From NCBI RefSeq assembly GCF_000143415.4, contig NW_003314422.1:63956-127955 (forward strand): a DNA stretch of 64,000 nt. Direction: 5' to 3'. The notes below the pieces were generated by a model, which was given only the letters and a program-made list of their open reading frames with translations, ran no database searches and was not told the DNA's origin. The translations under genes were made by a program, and so were the position numbers. The DNA is from Selaginella moellendorffii. Lineage: Eukaryota > Plantae > Lycopodiophyta. Shown here piece by piece: positions 11,500 to 24,583 of this stretch. The first letter of the stretch is position 1; every line of letters begins with the position of its first letter.

Positions 11500-14284
11500 T
11501 ATTATTGGTACATTAAACATGCCAAGGATTATGGTATTATAGAATGGAAGTCATCACTAAATGTTTGTGATAGTTAGGAGGCCAATTCTTGGTTGGAATT
11601 ATGGAAAAGTTATTGGTCTCATAACCTTTGTAAGGATAAAGTGAAGATTAAGTTAATTCTAAATTGACTTCTTGGAGTGATTTGATTAAAATTTTCTATA
11701 CTTTGTTTATTAAAAAGTTTGAAGAGGTTGATCTCATGAACCAACTTCTAGAAATCAAGCAAGGGATTTTGTCTTTAGATGTATATGCACACAATTTTTG
11801 CTTTAGTCTTATAAGCACTTATAATGAGCTGTTAAAAGTGCAATGTTTCATCAAAGATTTGAGCTTAATGGATGTGTAGCAAAAGGTAAAAAAGATTTTC
11901 TAGCAATGTTAACTAATGCTATCACTAAGGCTTAAATATTTTTGCCCAAACTATCAATCAACTTAGTCAACTTTGGTCAATAGGATGATTTATAGGGTAG
12001 TTAATATGATGACCAACCCAATGGTTCATATTTAGGGAAGAAACAACTATTGTTCCATCATAACTCAAAAAAAAAAGATGGTAATGAGGTTAAAAGAAAT
12101 CATTTATATTAGCAAGAGAAAGATAAGGTAGAGGGCAATTGTTTTCATTATCACAAAGCTAGACATCATAGCAAGGATTGTCTTCTTATGAAAGGATCAA
12201 AGAATATTAAGGTGAGTATGGTGGAATTTATTAAGGATACAACTCAGGCATCTATTGTGGTGGCTCTTTCACACATTATGGCAAAAGTTCAAAAATTTAA
12301 GTCTTGAGTGTATATTAATTTTGTAGAGCTCAATGGTTTTATGCACAATCAACTTGTGAAGGCCAAAAAGGACATTCAGGGTAGTGTTGTTAGTATTCTT
12401 TTTTATCTAGGTGCTACACACAACTTTTTGAGCTTTAAAGTGGTGAAGTAACTTGGTTTGCTTATAGAAAAGAGTTTGATAATCTATGAGGTGGTTATGG
12501 TAGATGGATTTAGCACTTATGTTTACTGTGAATAGCCTCCGAGTGTTCTTTTGATGGTTTAAGGGATTCTTGACCATCCTTCACTCTAGGTTATGGATCT
12601 TGGTCACACAGATGTTATTTTTGGGAAGGAATAGTGATAGGAAGCCAAGGATCAATTGAGAATTTAATGTTTTGCATATCGAAATTAGTGGCATGTGAAA
12701 GAGATTGTCATAACAGACAATAATGATACTTCATTGATTAATACTTTGGAGTTGGTGATATGCACACATGAGATCTAATTCTTTTGTGGTTTGTTTCTTT
12801 CTAATATACTCATATTTAATTTGGCATATGTTCGTGGGCATGGGGCTCAGATGGATTGCATTCAAGAGGAGTTCTAGACGTATTTCCAGATGAATTGCCT
12901 GATGGTTTGCCTCCCAAACATAGAATTCAACATGAGATTAATTTGGTTCTTGGAGCTACTCCTTATTAACAACAACTGACTCACACTAGTCTTGCTGAAG
13001 ATGAGGAGATTAATAGGCAACTTGTTGAGTACCTTTGGAAGGGGTGGTTATAGATAAAGAAGTCTCCTTAAGTTGCTTTAGTGGTGATGGTTAAGAAGAA
13101 AGATGATATATGATATCTCTATGTGAACTATAAGGGATTGAATGATAAGACAATGAAGAATATGTTCCCAATCCTTATATTAATGATTTTCTTGATTGTC
13201 TTTATGATGCTTGATGTTTTTCAAAGATTGATTTGAGGCAAGGGTATCATTAGATTTGTGTCAAGCCAGAGGATGTTCCAAAAATTACATTTTAGATGAC
13301 AAGGTCACTATGAGTTTTTAGTGATGTCATTTAGTTTGATGGATGCTTCTACAACTTTTCAGAAATTAATGAATCAAATTCTACAACCTTACTTGGGAAA
13401 GTTTGCAATTGATAATTTTGATGATATCCTGGTGTTTAGTTCTTTAGTGGAGGAATATGAGATGCATGTACAAAGTGTTTTGCAACATTTGAGGGATAAT
13501 AAGCTCTACTTTAAGTTATTTAAGTATGAGTTGTTTTTGGAGAAGATTGAATATCTCATACATTTGATTTTAGTATATGGAGTGAAAGTTAATCCCACAA
13601 AGATCCAAATTGTGGTTGATTGGCCTATATCTTCAATAGTGCATGATCTCCGTTGAGTAGATATGTGATGTGATGTGTGACTAAGAAGTTGCAAGATGCA
13701 ATATGATGTTATTTGGCATGTGTATAGCTATATTTGGTGCTAAGTTCATAATGCTATCTCTCATATTGCAAAAGGATAGTTGGAGTCAATTTTAGTTTCC
13801 CATTTTTTTGAGTTCATGACATTTGATTTGATAGGGCATTTTCCACAATTGATTGTTGGTAATGAGTATGTCATTATTGCTTCTAATTATTTGACTTGCT
13901 ATATAGATGTTAGTGCTTATTTGTAACTATTATTAGATACTTTTTTATCAATCGAGTGGTATTCTAGCATTCTTGTCCAAAATGGATTCTCTCAGATAAT
14001 GGTCCCACATTTATGGCTAAGGTATTTTACATTTTAACATCTCAACTAGGGATACACAGCAATGTCACAAGTGCTTATCATTTATAGATAAATAGTTTGG
14101 TGGAACAATTCATTCAAACCTTCAAAGGAATAATTGTAAAGTAAGTGAACTTTTAGTATTCAAATTGGGATGGTTATTTGCTGTATCTTCAATATGCATA
14201 TGTCACAAGGATATAAAATTCTGTTGGTGCTTCACTATATAAACTTCTATATAGTCATGATCTAGTACTGCCAATGGAGTTGAG
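11500..14284 (+). pseudogene. Heavily decayed Ty3/gypsy internal region (gag, protease, RT, integrase remnants)
   Basis: Remnant motifs LGATHNF (~12400), FSKIDLRQGYH (~13220), FDDILVFS (13321 ORF), ILSDNGPTF (~13990); many stops; CpG-depleted. Boundaries approximate. Confidence 0.85.
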
Positions 14285-15287
14285 TTTACTGTAAGCGATT
14301 AATTTTTCCATTATACTTTAGTCACTTAACCACACCTCTGACCACTTCGAAGAGTCTCACTCACCACCTCCATAAGTCCTACTTTGGACTTGGGCTTGCT
14401 AACCCCGAGAATGGCATCTCCGCCACTCAACCTTTGCACTTGGTCCAAGTGCTCCACGTGTCCGATCCCATGACTGACACCCCAAGGCACCACCAACACA
14501 TCAGCCCGTTACACTAAGGCCATGCCCATTCACCTTGGTCACACTGGTGGTCTAACACCACCTACACCACAGTCCCGTCTCTCAAAGACTGGGCCATCCG
14601 TCCATGAGGGATCATCCCCGATCCACTCCTTAGCATCCTTAGGATGTCCATAGACATGGGGATTAGCCTTCCCCAATATCCGCTTTTCGGTCCCTACCAA
14701 GTCCCTTTCTGGCCATGGCCGTATTTGCCAACACTGCCACTGGATCAAGGCCCGCAGGCCCGACCTCTAAGTCCCTCTATCCTTTGGGACTTCCTCACCA
14801 TGTGACCGTATCCTAGGTCACTACACTAGAGGACTGCTCCTCTTCCCTTTCACCGTTTGGGACTTTGGGGACAGCATTTCGGAACACCGTGGCCTTACGC
14901 AAGCCTCATGGGTACTCTCCCCGCCTTTCGCCTTTAGGTGCTCTAGCCATGGGCTTAGAGCGAGGTTCCGTTGAGCCATGACAGGTATCCAAGTAGGTAG
15001 TGCCACTCACACTTGGACTGGGAGCATCGGCCAGTCGATCTCCCGGGGGAACTAGAGCCGACTCTTGAACACTTCACCAAGCTACCCCGCTTGTCGGCTT
15101 GTGTTCACTCTAGTCTTGGACTTCCCAGTGGGCAGCTCATCACCCAACATTGGGTCCGGCCTTCCTGGGCCAAACTGGCCTTTCCTGGCTAAACTGGCTC
15201 CACTGCAGTCCTCCCCCTACTATACTTTTGGAGCTCACCAAACCCCCCAGGGTCTGGGAGACGAACGCTTTGGGCTTTCACCCTCTC

Positions 15288-15683
15288 AGACTCGAACTCG
15301 GACTTGGCCTCGGACTCGGACTCGGACTCGGACTCGGACTCGGACTCGGACTCGGACTCGGGCTCAGGCTCGGGCTCGGGCTCGGTCTCGGTCTCGGTCC
15401 CGATCTCGGTCTCGGTCCCGGTCTAGGTCTTGGTCCCGGTCTCGACTTCGGACTCCATCTCGGGTCCATCTCGGACTCCATCTCGGACTCCATCTCGGGT
15501 CCATCTCAAGTCCATCTCGGGTCCATCTCGGGTCCCATCTCGGGTCCATCTTGGACTCCATCTCGGACTCCATCTCGGACTCCATCTCGGGTCCATCTCG
15601 GACTCCATCTCGGGTCCATCTCGGATTCCATCTCGGACTCCATCTCGGGTCCATCTCGGACTCTATCTCGGACTCCACCTCGG
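15288..15683. repeat. (GGACTC)n hexamer and (GGACTCCATCTC)n 12-mer satellite within LTR B; resumes at 18222-18335
   Basis: Directly visible tandem array. Confidence 0.95.
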
Positions 15684-18221
15684 CATAGTTACGAACACGA
15701 ACACGGAACACGAACACGAGCCTCAGATTTCAGGAACTCGAACACGGAACACGATCACGGCCCACGATGGCTCACGAATATTCTACTGAATATTCTAAGA
15801 ATATGTTATTTAAAAATTATATTCTATTTCTTATTATATTATTATAGGAATATGCTATATTTTATTATATTATTCTTAATATTTTTATTTGCACATAAAC
15901 TACTTCACACTTTTAAACTACTCAAATATCCTGCATCTCATCGTCATCTTCAACCTCATGATCTTCGACCTCACGATCTTCGACATCATCTCCATCTTCC
16001 TCTTCCTGTCCTAACTCAAGCTCGTCTTCAGGATGAGGAACTGTCTCCAGGACTTTGTAGCTTACAAACTTGTCGTAATCACGATCATTTTTGCAGGTTA
16101 ACAACCTGGTGTTGCAAGCCACAAAAACCAGATCCGCTGTCCTGTCCATGGTAAGTCTGTTCCTCTTTTTTGAAGAAACATGCTCGAAAGTACTGAACAA
16201 TCTCTCCACCGAGGACAACGAGCATGCCTGACTTAGAACTCGAATGGCCAACTTCTGAAGAGCTGGAGTTTCATAACCATAGTCCTCCCACCAACGTACA
16301 GCTCCCCTCTTAGTGTGATCAGCCTTAGCATCATATGAGTTGAAAATGCCTCCTATCCTCCGGTAAGTTAAAAGCTCATCACGTATCACATCCCTCTCAC
16401 TGGATGTAAACATGGCCAGCAGATAAGCATTCCAGTCCTTTATGACCTCTCTGTTAGCATGCTTTTCATACTCCTGAAACTCGGGGTCCAACATGTATGC
16501 CACCGAGTGCATGAGCGAGTGATACTCATGCCACCTATTAGACATGATCTGATGAAGTTCCCTGTACCTGCCATAATCCGACTGTCCTTCCTCTAAACTT
16601 GCATCCAACCTGTTCATGCACTCATATATCTTTCCAATCGCAGGTATATCACCGTCCACAACACGAAGAAGCAGCATAACATCCTTGGACACCTCTAGCA
16701 TGTCCTTAACCTGTTGCCAGAAACTGTCATCAAAAACCGTTGCATAACTGTCCCTTCCTGCTCTCGACTTCGACTCAGGCCTTGCTCTGTACGCAGGGCA
16801 TACGAACATCTGTTGTAAAGCTTCTCGGAGCTCCACCAGCCTCTCCATCATAATGAAGTTGTAGCCGAACCTGGTATCACAATAACGCAGCAATCGCTTG
16901 TGATTAAACTCCGCCAGCAGTGCCACTATATGAGAGTGGTTTCTAACGAAGATCACCAAAGACTTTCCACGCTCCAGAAGTGTTGCCATCCATGGAAGTA
17001 CACCGAAGTCTTTCAAGGCATTGTTCAAGCAATGGGCAAAACATGCTGCCCATTGAATTTTCGGGTACCTCTGTTGCAAAAGTGCTGCTGCTGCTCTGTT
17101 TGCATTTTCCCCATCGGTCACAACCATGACAATGTTCTCTGCACCTACAATGTTAATGCCTTCTTCCCAACAGCGCAGAGTATTTTCAGCTGTTTTTCCT
17201 ATTAAGGAAATGTCGATAGCCTTCAAAAAAGCTCCTCGTCCTTGACTATATGCCACAAGCCCCATGATATGCCGATTCCTCCTATCTGCCCACCCGTCTG
17301 CGCATATGGTTGCACCCCTCTGCTCCCACTGCTTCCTCAAGGACGCCATCTCAATGTCAATGAATCGTTTCTCTTTCACCAAAAGCTTATCCCGGAGATC
17401 ATCATATTTTGGTGGTGCATAAGGCACACCATGCCTGGCAACTTCCTGTATCATGTTGAGGAAGTAAGGTGACCGAGCCTTGACAAATGGAATGTGTTCA
17501 TTCCAGAAAAATCTTCCGATAGCCACATCAACTCGGTTCTTCCGCTCAGGATCCATCGAATCAACAATATGGACTTGACTCTGTTTGCTAAAAAACAGGG
17601 AACTGCAGCCACTTCCACTTGACTGGGATGATACCACCGGTGGAAATCCTTGGACATTGCCATCCATTCTCATAGAAGCACCACCAGATTCATTCGGCCG
17701 TTTCTTCCCCCTTGCCCCTTTCTCGGAATCAATAACCTTTTGCATATTGAGCAGATCCGCTTTCTTGTTACCTGGGATGAGAGGACAACTCACAATATCC
17801 TTGCTGCCTGGGCCTTCTCCTAACAGATGAGCTCGCACACGATCAACACCACTCAGTTTGTTCACCATTGGGCAGTATTTGCATGACCATAATTTGTGGC
17901 CATGCCCCCTGCTCTCAAGAACACTTACCTCATCCCACCATCGCGAAGAAGGATGCTTTCGCAGTATGCTGGATTGCTGCGCCATGCTTGTTTGCCTTGG
18001 ATTGCTGCTGCTGTGCCCTGAAATGGTGCGCCCTGGCTGGATTGTCGTGTGATGCCGTGCGCCCTAAAACCAGAATATTCCGCGCGAGAATATTCTGAAC
18101 AGTGGTCCGTGTTAGTAACACGGACCACTGTTCACGAACACGGCCGTGGGAACACGACCCATGGCCGTGTTCGTGAAACACGGTGAACACGGCCGGGATC
18201 CCGGCCGTGTTCGTAACACGG
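15684..18221 (-). mobile_element. Autonomous hAT DNA transposon, 16-bp imperfect TIR, apparent 6-bp TSD CCTCGG
   Basis: Left end CATAGTTACGAACACG; right end reverse complement CCGTGTTACGAACACG. Subterminal GAACACG repeats at both ends. CCTCGG at 15678-15683 and 18222-18227. Confidence 0.85.
15922..17985 (-). CDS. hAT transposase (BED finger, DUF659, hAT dimerisation domain), intact 687 aa
   Basis: WSCKYC...HL BED finger; ICADGW; VVTDG; CFAHC; WWEDYG..PALQKLAIRVLSQ..S.SSVERLFS...KKRNRL. Confidence 0.95.
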   Translation of the reverse strand: MAQQSSILRKHPSSRWWDEVSVLESRGHGHKLWSCKYCPMVNKLSGVDRVRAHLLGEGPGSKDIVSCPLIPGNKKADLLNMQKVIDSEKGARGKKRPNESGGASMRMDGNVQGFPPVVSSQSSGSGCSSLFFSKQSQVHIVDSMDPERKNRVDVAIGRFFWNEHIPFVKARSPYFLNMIQEVARHGVPYAPPKYDDLRDKLLVKEKRFIDIEMASLRKQWEQRGATICADGWADRRNRHIMGLVAYSQGRGAFLKAIDISLIGKTAENTLRCWEEGINIVGAENIVMVVTDGENANRAAAALLQQRYPKIQWAACFAHCLNNALKDFGVLPWMATLLERGKSLVIFVRNHSHIVALLAEFNHKRLLRYCDTRFGYNFIMMERLVELREALQQMFVCPAYRARPESKSRAGRDSYATVFDDSFWQQVKDMLEVSKDVMLLLRVVDGDIPAIGKIYECMNRLDASLEEGQSDYGRYRELHQIMSNRWHEYHSLMHSVAYMLDPEFQEYEKHANREVIKDWNAYLLAMFTSSERDVIRDELLTYRRIGGIFNSYDAKADHTKRGAVRWWEDYGYETPALQKLAIRVLSQACSLSSVERLFSTFEHVSSKKRNRLTMDRTADLVFVACNTRLLTCKNDRDYDKFVSYKVLETVPHPEDELELGQEEEDGDDVEDREVEDHEVEDDDEMQDI

Positions 18222-20979
18222 CCTCGGACTCCATCTCGGGTCCATCTCGGGTCCACCTTGGACTCCACCTCGGACTCCATCTCGGGGTCCTTCTCGGACT
18301 CCACTTCGGACTCCAACTTGGGTCCATCTCGGACACTTCCACGTGTCATGTGTTGGTCCTTTTGGGTCCCTTTTTGGAGCCTCGCTTATTGCTCTCTTTG
18401 TGCTTGTTCCTCGAGCACTTCGTTAGGAGTTCCACTCCCGCTCTCGACCTTTCAAGGCAGAGCTTTTAGTCCAAACGTGTTACGCTCGTTTGGCTTTTGC
18501 TTCGGCCACTACCACGTGGCGCCCCTCTGGCTCCACTTTGGGGCCTAGGGATTTTGTGTCTCACATTTACCTTCGCAATTGCTATAAGCTGCTGATGCTA
18601 AGTCTTGGAATTAATATTTGACGAGCATTCTTCCACTTGTTTAAATAGAGTGTACACTTAGGCCATATACAAATGGGATAAAAATAAAAAGACCTGTGCA
18701 GCTTCTTAGGCATATAATGATGCCCTATATGCCTGCATAAAATAGGAGAATCATGGTATAATAAAGAAGGCCATCCTCAATGTGATATTGAGAATGTAAA
18801 TGCTAAAATAATAAGTCATTAATAAATGATGTAGAATTTTCAAACATATCATAAAGCTTTCAAATCCATGGCTCAAACTTTTGAGCTTCACAAACCTTAT
18901 AAAAAGAAGCTAAATTTTGTGGTGCACCTTGTGGACACTAAACATCAAGTATAACAACTATTGACGACATGGAATCCTCTTCAGAAAATCCACAAATACT
19001 AGAATATTAGGGTCAACAAGAATAAAAGAAAAGAGTGAAGAAGGAAAAAAAGCTCAAAAAAAGGCATTAGCATAAATTATAGAACTCTTATAGTGATGAA
19101 CAACCTCAAAATTATATATCTGAAGCTTTAAAGCCCACTAAGTAGTATGACCAACCAAGTTCTTCAATTTAATAACAAAGGAACTACAACATAATCACTT
19201 TATAGTAATGTTTGAGAACCATATAAATATGCATCTCGAAACCCCAAACCATTGCTAAACACTCTTTCTCTATTGTGGAATAGCTTATCTCCGTTAATTG
19301 TAATGTATAACTAATGTATATAATGGGATGACACTAAGGCACACTCATGCTTTCTTGCATCCATACACCCTAAAACCGATATAAGAAGCATCTATATATA
19401 AAATGAAAGGTTGAGTGTAATTAGGATATGCCAAAATTAAATAAGTCATCAATAAGCTCTTTGAGATCTATAATTGCCTATTTGCAATCTTTAAACCATA
19501 TGAAAGATAATGTTGATGACTTCAGTAATACTCGCAATGGTGCAATACAATCAGAAAGAATTAACAAAACAATTGAAATATTGCACCTTGCCCAAGCACT
19601 ATACATTATTCAAGCTGTGTTCTTAGATGCAAAGATGCATTCCCACGTCCCCTCTAAGTGGATCAAAACATCTTCAATGAAGTCAACAGTCACCTTGGCA
19701 TATCATAAAGAACTTCATCCTACTGAAATGTTACTAAAACATTATTTAAACTAAACGACATCACCAAGAACTTGTATAAACTAAATAATGTACAAAAAAC
19801 ATTCTTAGAAATATCATCTTTAGCCATCGGCATTTGTTAGTACCCAAAAGAAAATTTTAGTAATTCATTTGGAGGCATGACTTGTGACAAGCTACATGAA
19901 GATGACATGAAACTTCAAAGAAAATTATAAATCTCTTGCAATGGTGAAGTAGACCATAAAGGGGGGTGCTCTCCAACTGATGTAATATTCTATCTGATTG
20001 GGCATCCAACTAGTTAATGTGGCACCAACCAAGTTTACTAGTCACATTTAATTGTTTTTATAACTCTAAAGCCTAGATCACTTCAAACCTTAGTTGAATG
20101 AGCTGGAAATCCTTAAATGTTTCTTGGTGTAATCAATAAAAACTTTTAAATATTTACATCCAACCATACAAGAAACAAAGACTGACCAAAACCACATCCC
20201 TATTTTACACTTGATTGACTCACATCTTACAATGCTCTAATCAAGTTGCTATGCTATTGGAGTATATTAGTGATGATTCCTTGATCAATTCTAAGGATTT
20301 GAGAGTGGAGATGAATCTTCTAAATCAGTATAGTTTACATGCTTAAATCTCTTTTTGATATATGGGCTCTTCACTATATTGTTCCCAGGATCAAGAAATG
20401 TTTGCTATACAATCATCACTTCATCAAAGAACTTGTGACACATCTATATTTTTAGCATAGAACGTTTGCCATTGACTCTTATGTAGCAATTGATTAATTG
20501 TTTTTTATAAATTGATAAAGACTTTTGTTAAGGAGGGAAATTCAAAAAGAAGAATGCTAGCTACCAACATTAAACACAAAACTTTGCATTCAAAAGTTTT
20601 AGCGCTTAATCTTTGTAGGAGGGAAAAGTTTATTATGTTGTTTGGATATTGTGCTTACTAGGCACCAAGAAAAAAGAAAAATCTAACTCAAGCAACAGCC
20701 TTACCTCTGAGAACAAAGACAACTCATATAGCAGCTCAGCTACAAGCACGTTCAGCTCCAACTTACCAAAGAGTGGCTCATCAATCCACATCACAAAAAA
20801 AAGTTTCTTACACTTTTACTGTACCTATGCATGAAATTTTTGCATCTTTGTTAGAGGCTATAGGGAGCATTCCTATAGAAGAGGACACACTTGAGCTTGA
20901 TTTATCTCCTGTTCATAATTTTCCTCTCTTGCCTTTTGATGACAAGCTCCCACCTAAAAAGAAGAAAGCTACAAACCTT

Positions 20980-22290
20980 TAGACAACCATAGACATCGAT
21001 AAAGCTATAGTTGTTGTTGATGAAGGCTCCAAATCAATTCAAGAATCTGCTTGAGAGTTTGGTGTGACAACACTACACAATTGGCTTGATGAAGTACAAA
21101 GCAAAAAGGTGGTAGCAACAGGATCTTTACAGATGAGGAAGAGGATGCCATTGTATATTAGATTATGCAACATCAAGCAAGTGGTTGGTTGGTGGCATGG
21201 ATTTAAAAAGTGTTAACCTCAATTAAGTTTGTGTTCTCCATAGTCTTTGGGGTATGCTTGAGTATCTGCAATCACACCAGCAGTTGTCAAGCCTTTCTAT
21301 GCAAGGTGGCAAGCATTGATAGCGGAAAAGAACTATTCACCTAGTTGAATTTTCAATGTTGATGAAACTAGGATATCTGCAAAACAAAGATCTAGGTTGT
21401 CATGCGGTATTCAACAAGCAAGCATGCACAATTTTTAGTGTTGTTCCAAATGAGTGTCAAAGGATAATAGTCATTTGTGCTATTGCTGCAAATGGCCAGA
21501 AGCTTCCAAATCACTGCATATTCCGAGGGCATAATCAAGCAGTAGGTTGGTTGGAGTTCTGTGAGCTTGGAACATCCATGCAAGTACAAACCAATGCATG
21601 GATGAGAAATAATGGGCTTATTTGCTTCCTTGAACACTTTGCAAGAGTCATCCCAGGTGGCATTTCTCCAACAAATCAAGCTTGCATTATGATGGATGGT
21701 CATGGCTCTTATCATACTTCACATCATATGCAACCTCTTGATGTGTGCTACTTTGGACCTTTCAAGGCAGAGTTCAAAGCCATCCATACTGAATGTATAG
21801 AGACAGGATTTCATGGACACACTCTAACAAAGATCTTAGCAAGAGTGGTGAGAAGAGCACTTGACAAGGCTCTAACTTCTGCAAACACCATTGTTGGCTT
21901 TAAAAAAACCAGACTCTGGCCTATTGATTGTGCAGTTATAGATGCTAAATTTCACATGGATGCAGCTCTACAAGACACAGGTAAGAAACTTTAAAAAGAT
22001 GAAGATGAAGAGACTTACATTTGACATAAGTGTAAATGACAATAGCGATGATGATTTGGAACTGTTGCTAAGTGCTACAGTTGCTATGGATGTAAACTAT
22101 ACAATGGAAGAAGCTGAGAAAAGCTGATGGGAGAAGGCAATATTGAGGCAACTTAAGGCAGAACAAGCAGCAATAGAAAAAAAAAAGCACAAAAATTGGA
22201 GAGGGAAATGGACAAATAAGTTGGACTTGCTGTAAGGAAAGTTTCAAAGAACCTTTACAAGCAAGGATTAGAAACAACTATGCAAGAATA
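20980..22290 (+). pseudogene. pogo/Tc1-mariner (DDE_1) transposase remnant
   Basis: HTH-psq-like start near 20990; FNVDET; ICAIAANGQKLP; MMDGHGS; HMQPLDVCYFGPFK; GFKKTRLWP. Frameshifts and stops present. Confidence 0.8.
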
Positions 22291-23310
22291 TAGAACAAAC
22301 ATCTTCTTCCAATCTTTTCAACAAGACTTTGAGCTAGATCTTGAGCCCGGGGAGAAAATTCTAGTCTGGCACTAGAGCTTCCTTACAAATAACTACCTCT
22401 ACTCATTGATTCTTAACTGATTTTGTGTACTCACAATAACTATGTGGACGAGAGAGGCAACAGCCAGCCCCAATATTGATCCATTGTGGCCAAAACTAAA
22501 CCTTTTGTTATCTGTTCCTAGTTTCCTTAAAACTCAAGTGGTTATAGAGTGTTTGACTATGGTTTTGAATGGTTAAGCTTTATATTTTTGTACTGTTTTT
22601 CTCGCTTAAATATATATGAATTTCCACGTTAAAATTTTTTTTGGAGATAGCCCACACTAAGCATATGCCATGAGGAAAAATAATTTTGATTGGAAATTTA
22701 AAAACTTATACATTAAGAAATTCTAATCAGTTGAAGAACAGCCCCTTGATTTTTTTGCTTGTTGAGTTCACGTCCTCCTGGCCAACTTTGCCACCTTCAT
22801 TGTTCATGTGGTTTATTCTTCAAACAGGAAATTTAAAAACTTCATTTAATTGTATACGGTATCACAAATGGGAGTTTTAATTAACTTTCAAGCCTGTGTA
22901 GCTATATGAGAGTCACTGCTGTGATTCCTAGGCCTGTACCTCTCCTGACTCGAAAAGCACACACCCCCACACACTTTTCTCGTCAATATCTCTGGCTCTG
23001 TCTCGGGCAGTGTGGTTCTTCTTTTTCCCTAGAACCTCGATAGGAGAAAGTTGGTCTCTGTTTGTTTGCTAGCTAGGCAGAGGGAGATAGGCCTAGAGAA
23101 GAGCGAGCAAGATAAAAAAAAAGAATTAAAATTCCTCTCTGTCTGTCAACAATGCAGTGGAGGCCTCGCCAGTGTTGATTCTGATCTGATCCAGGTCCTT
23201 TCTTGGAATTTTTCTTGCTTGGTTCCAAAACCATACTGGGTTTCTGGAAAGGGATCAGAGTTTCCAGGTCGAGAAAAGTAGAAAAAGAAAAAGGAGAACA
23301 AGAGAAAACA

Positions 23311-24234
23311 ATGCCTGGGTTTGGCTCCTCGTGGCTCTCTTCGTCCCCATTCAGGCAAGTATAGTTTTGAACAGTCAAAATGGATTTGTTCTGTTCTTTT
23401 TTTGTCTTTCTTTTATATGCTGTGAATCGATCAAATCGAGTGTAAATCTTTGGAATGTTTCCAGGGGCAAACGCAGCACGGACTCATCGTCTCCTGCCAA
23501 GTACCAGCGCTCAGCAAATGCCACGACCAAAGGCGAGCAGCACACGGCAAAGCAGCCAAAGTTTCAGGTGCGTGTGCATGAGCTTTCATTCCATTTCTTT
23601 TTACCTTTTCTTTCTCCTGAGGGAACGCCCCAGAATCTAGAAGGAGTTTTGTGAAAAAATTTAATGTTTCTTTTCAAAACGAAGAAGCCCAGGAAACTCA
23701 CACAAAAGCTTCGCTGTGTTTTTTCTCTTTGTTTTTTTTTTTTTACAGTTCCAGACTCTTGTGTTCAAGGTTCAAGTCCATTGCGATGCGTGCATGGGGA
23801 AAGTGAAGAAGGCAATTGCCAGCATTGAAGGTAAGGATCTCATTTTCCATTAGAATCTTTCAGTCTATAAAAATCCCTCCTTTGTGAAAATTGTAGGAGT
23901 TGAATCGATTTCTGTCGACTTGAAGCAGAAGAGGATCACTGTTACGGGTCACTTTGATCAGCAAAAGCTCCTCAAGAGGGTGGCCAAGACTGGAAAACAG
24001 GTGGAGCTCATCACCACCAAAGATGGAAGCAGCAGCAAAAACACCACCACCACCAACAACAACGGCATGATCGATCAGAAGCCTCTCATGGTTTTCCCGA
24101 TGGATTCCAGCGCCACAGGAGCAAACGCTCCACTTTTCTCCCTGCAATTCTCGCCTGCCGAAGCCATCAACAGCAACAGCAACAGCAGCTTCATGTTCAG
24201 CGATGAGAACGTAAACGGCTGCTGCATCATGTAA
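23311..24234 (+). CDS. Heavy-metal-associated isoprenylated plant protein (HIPP); exons 23311-23354, 23465-23567, ~23755-23830, 23897-24234
   Basis: HMA motif VQVHCDAC..KVKKAI, C-terminal FSDENVNGCCIM (CaaX). The first exon requires a GC donor at 23355 and is less certain. Confidence 0.85.
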
Positions 24235-24583
24235 CTTTTGGGTTATAAAAACATCCTTGCTTTAGCCTTTGTTTTTAAAATCCTACTTCCCTGATCGATC
24301 GAGCAGATGTCAATTCGTGGCGTGGCATGGAATTTTTATTCGCACCCGCGAATCCAGCATCCCTCGGGGAACCAAAACCGTAAAAAAAAAGAGAACAATC
24401 CACACCCGGAAAAATCTTCCCGTTTGAGAGGGATCAAACTCAAGTGCCGGCACGCAAGGATTTCAAACGAAAACCGTGATGATGTTATCGTACAATGGAA
24501 AGAAACATAACCAAACGAATCTAATGCTAATCTCTCAAGGAGATCATCAAGAGGGAAAAAAAAGAAGAAATGAGCCAAAGAGC

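Larger units (their letters stand above)
14290..18565 (-). mobile_element. Solo LTR (family B) with 5-bp TSD TTTAC, interrupted by a hAT element
   Basis: TG...CA termini at 14290/18565, TTTAC at 14285-14289 and 18566-18570. Reverse complement of the LTR at ~47243-48429, which is followed by a PBS. Confidence 0.9.

Noticed and set aside
15065-16154. RS/GL-repeat ORFs (also 50252-50566)
   Set aside because: Translations of LTR hexamer/12-mer satellites.
19960-22655. TIRs for the pogo remnant (and for the MULE at ~57530/62340)
   Set aside because: Only weak partial inverted matches and no TSD.
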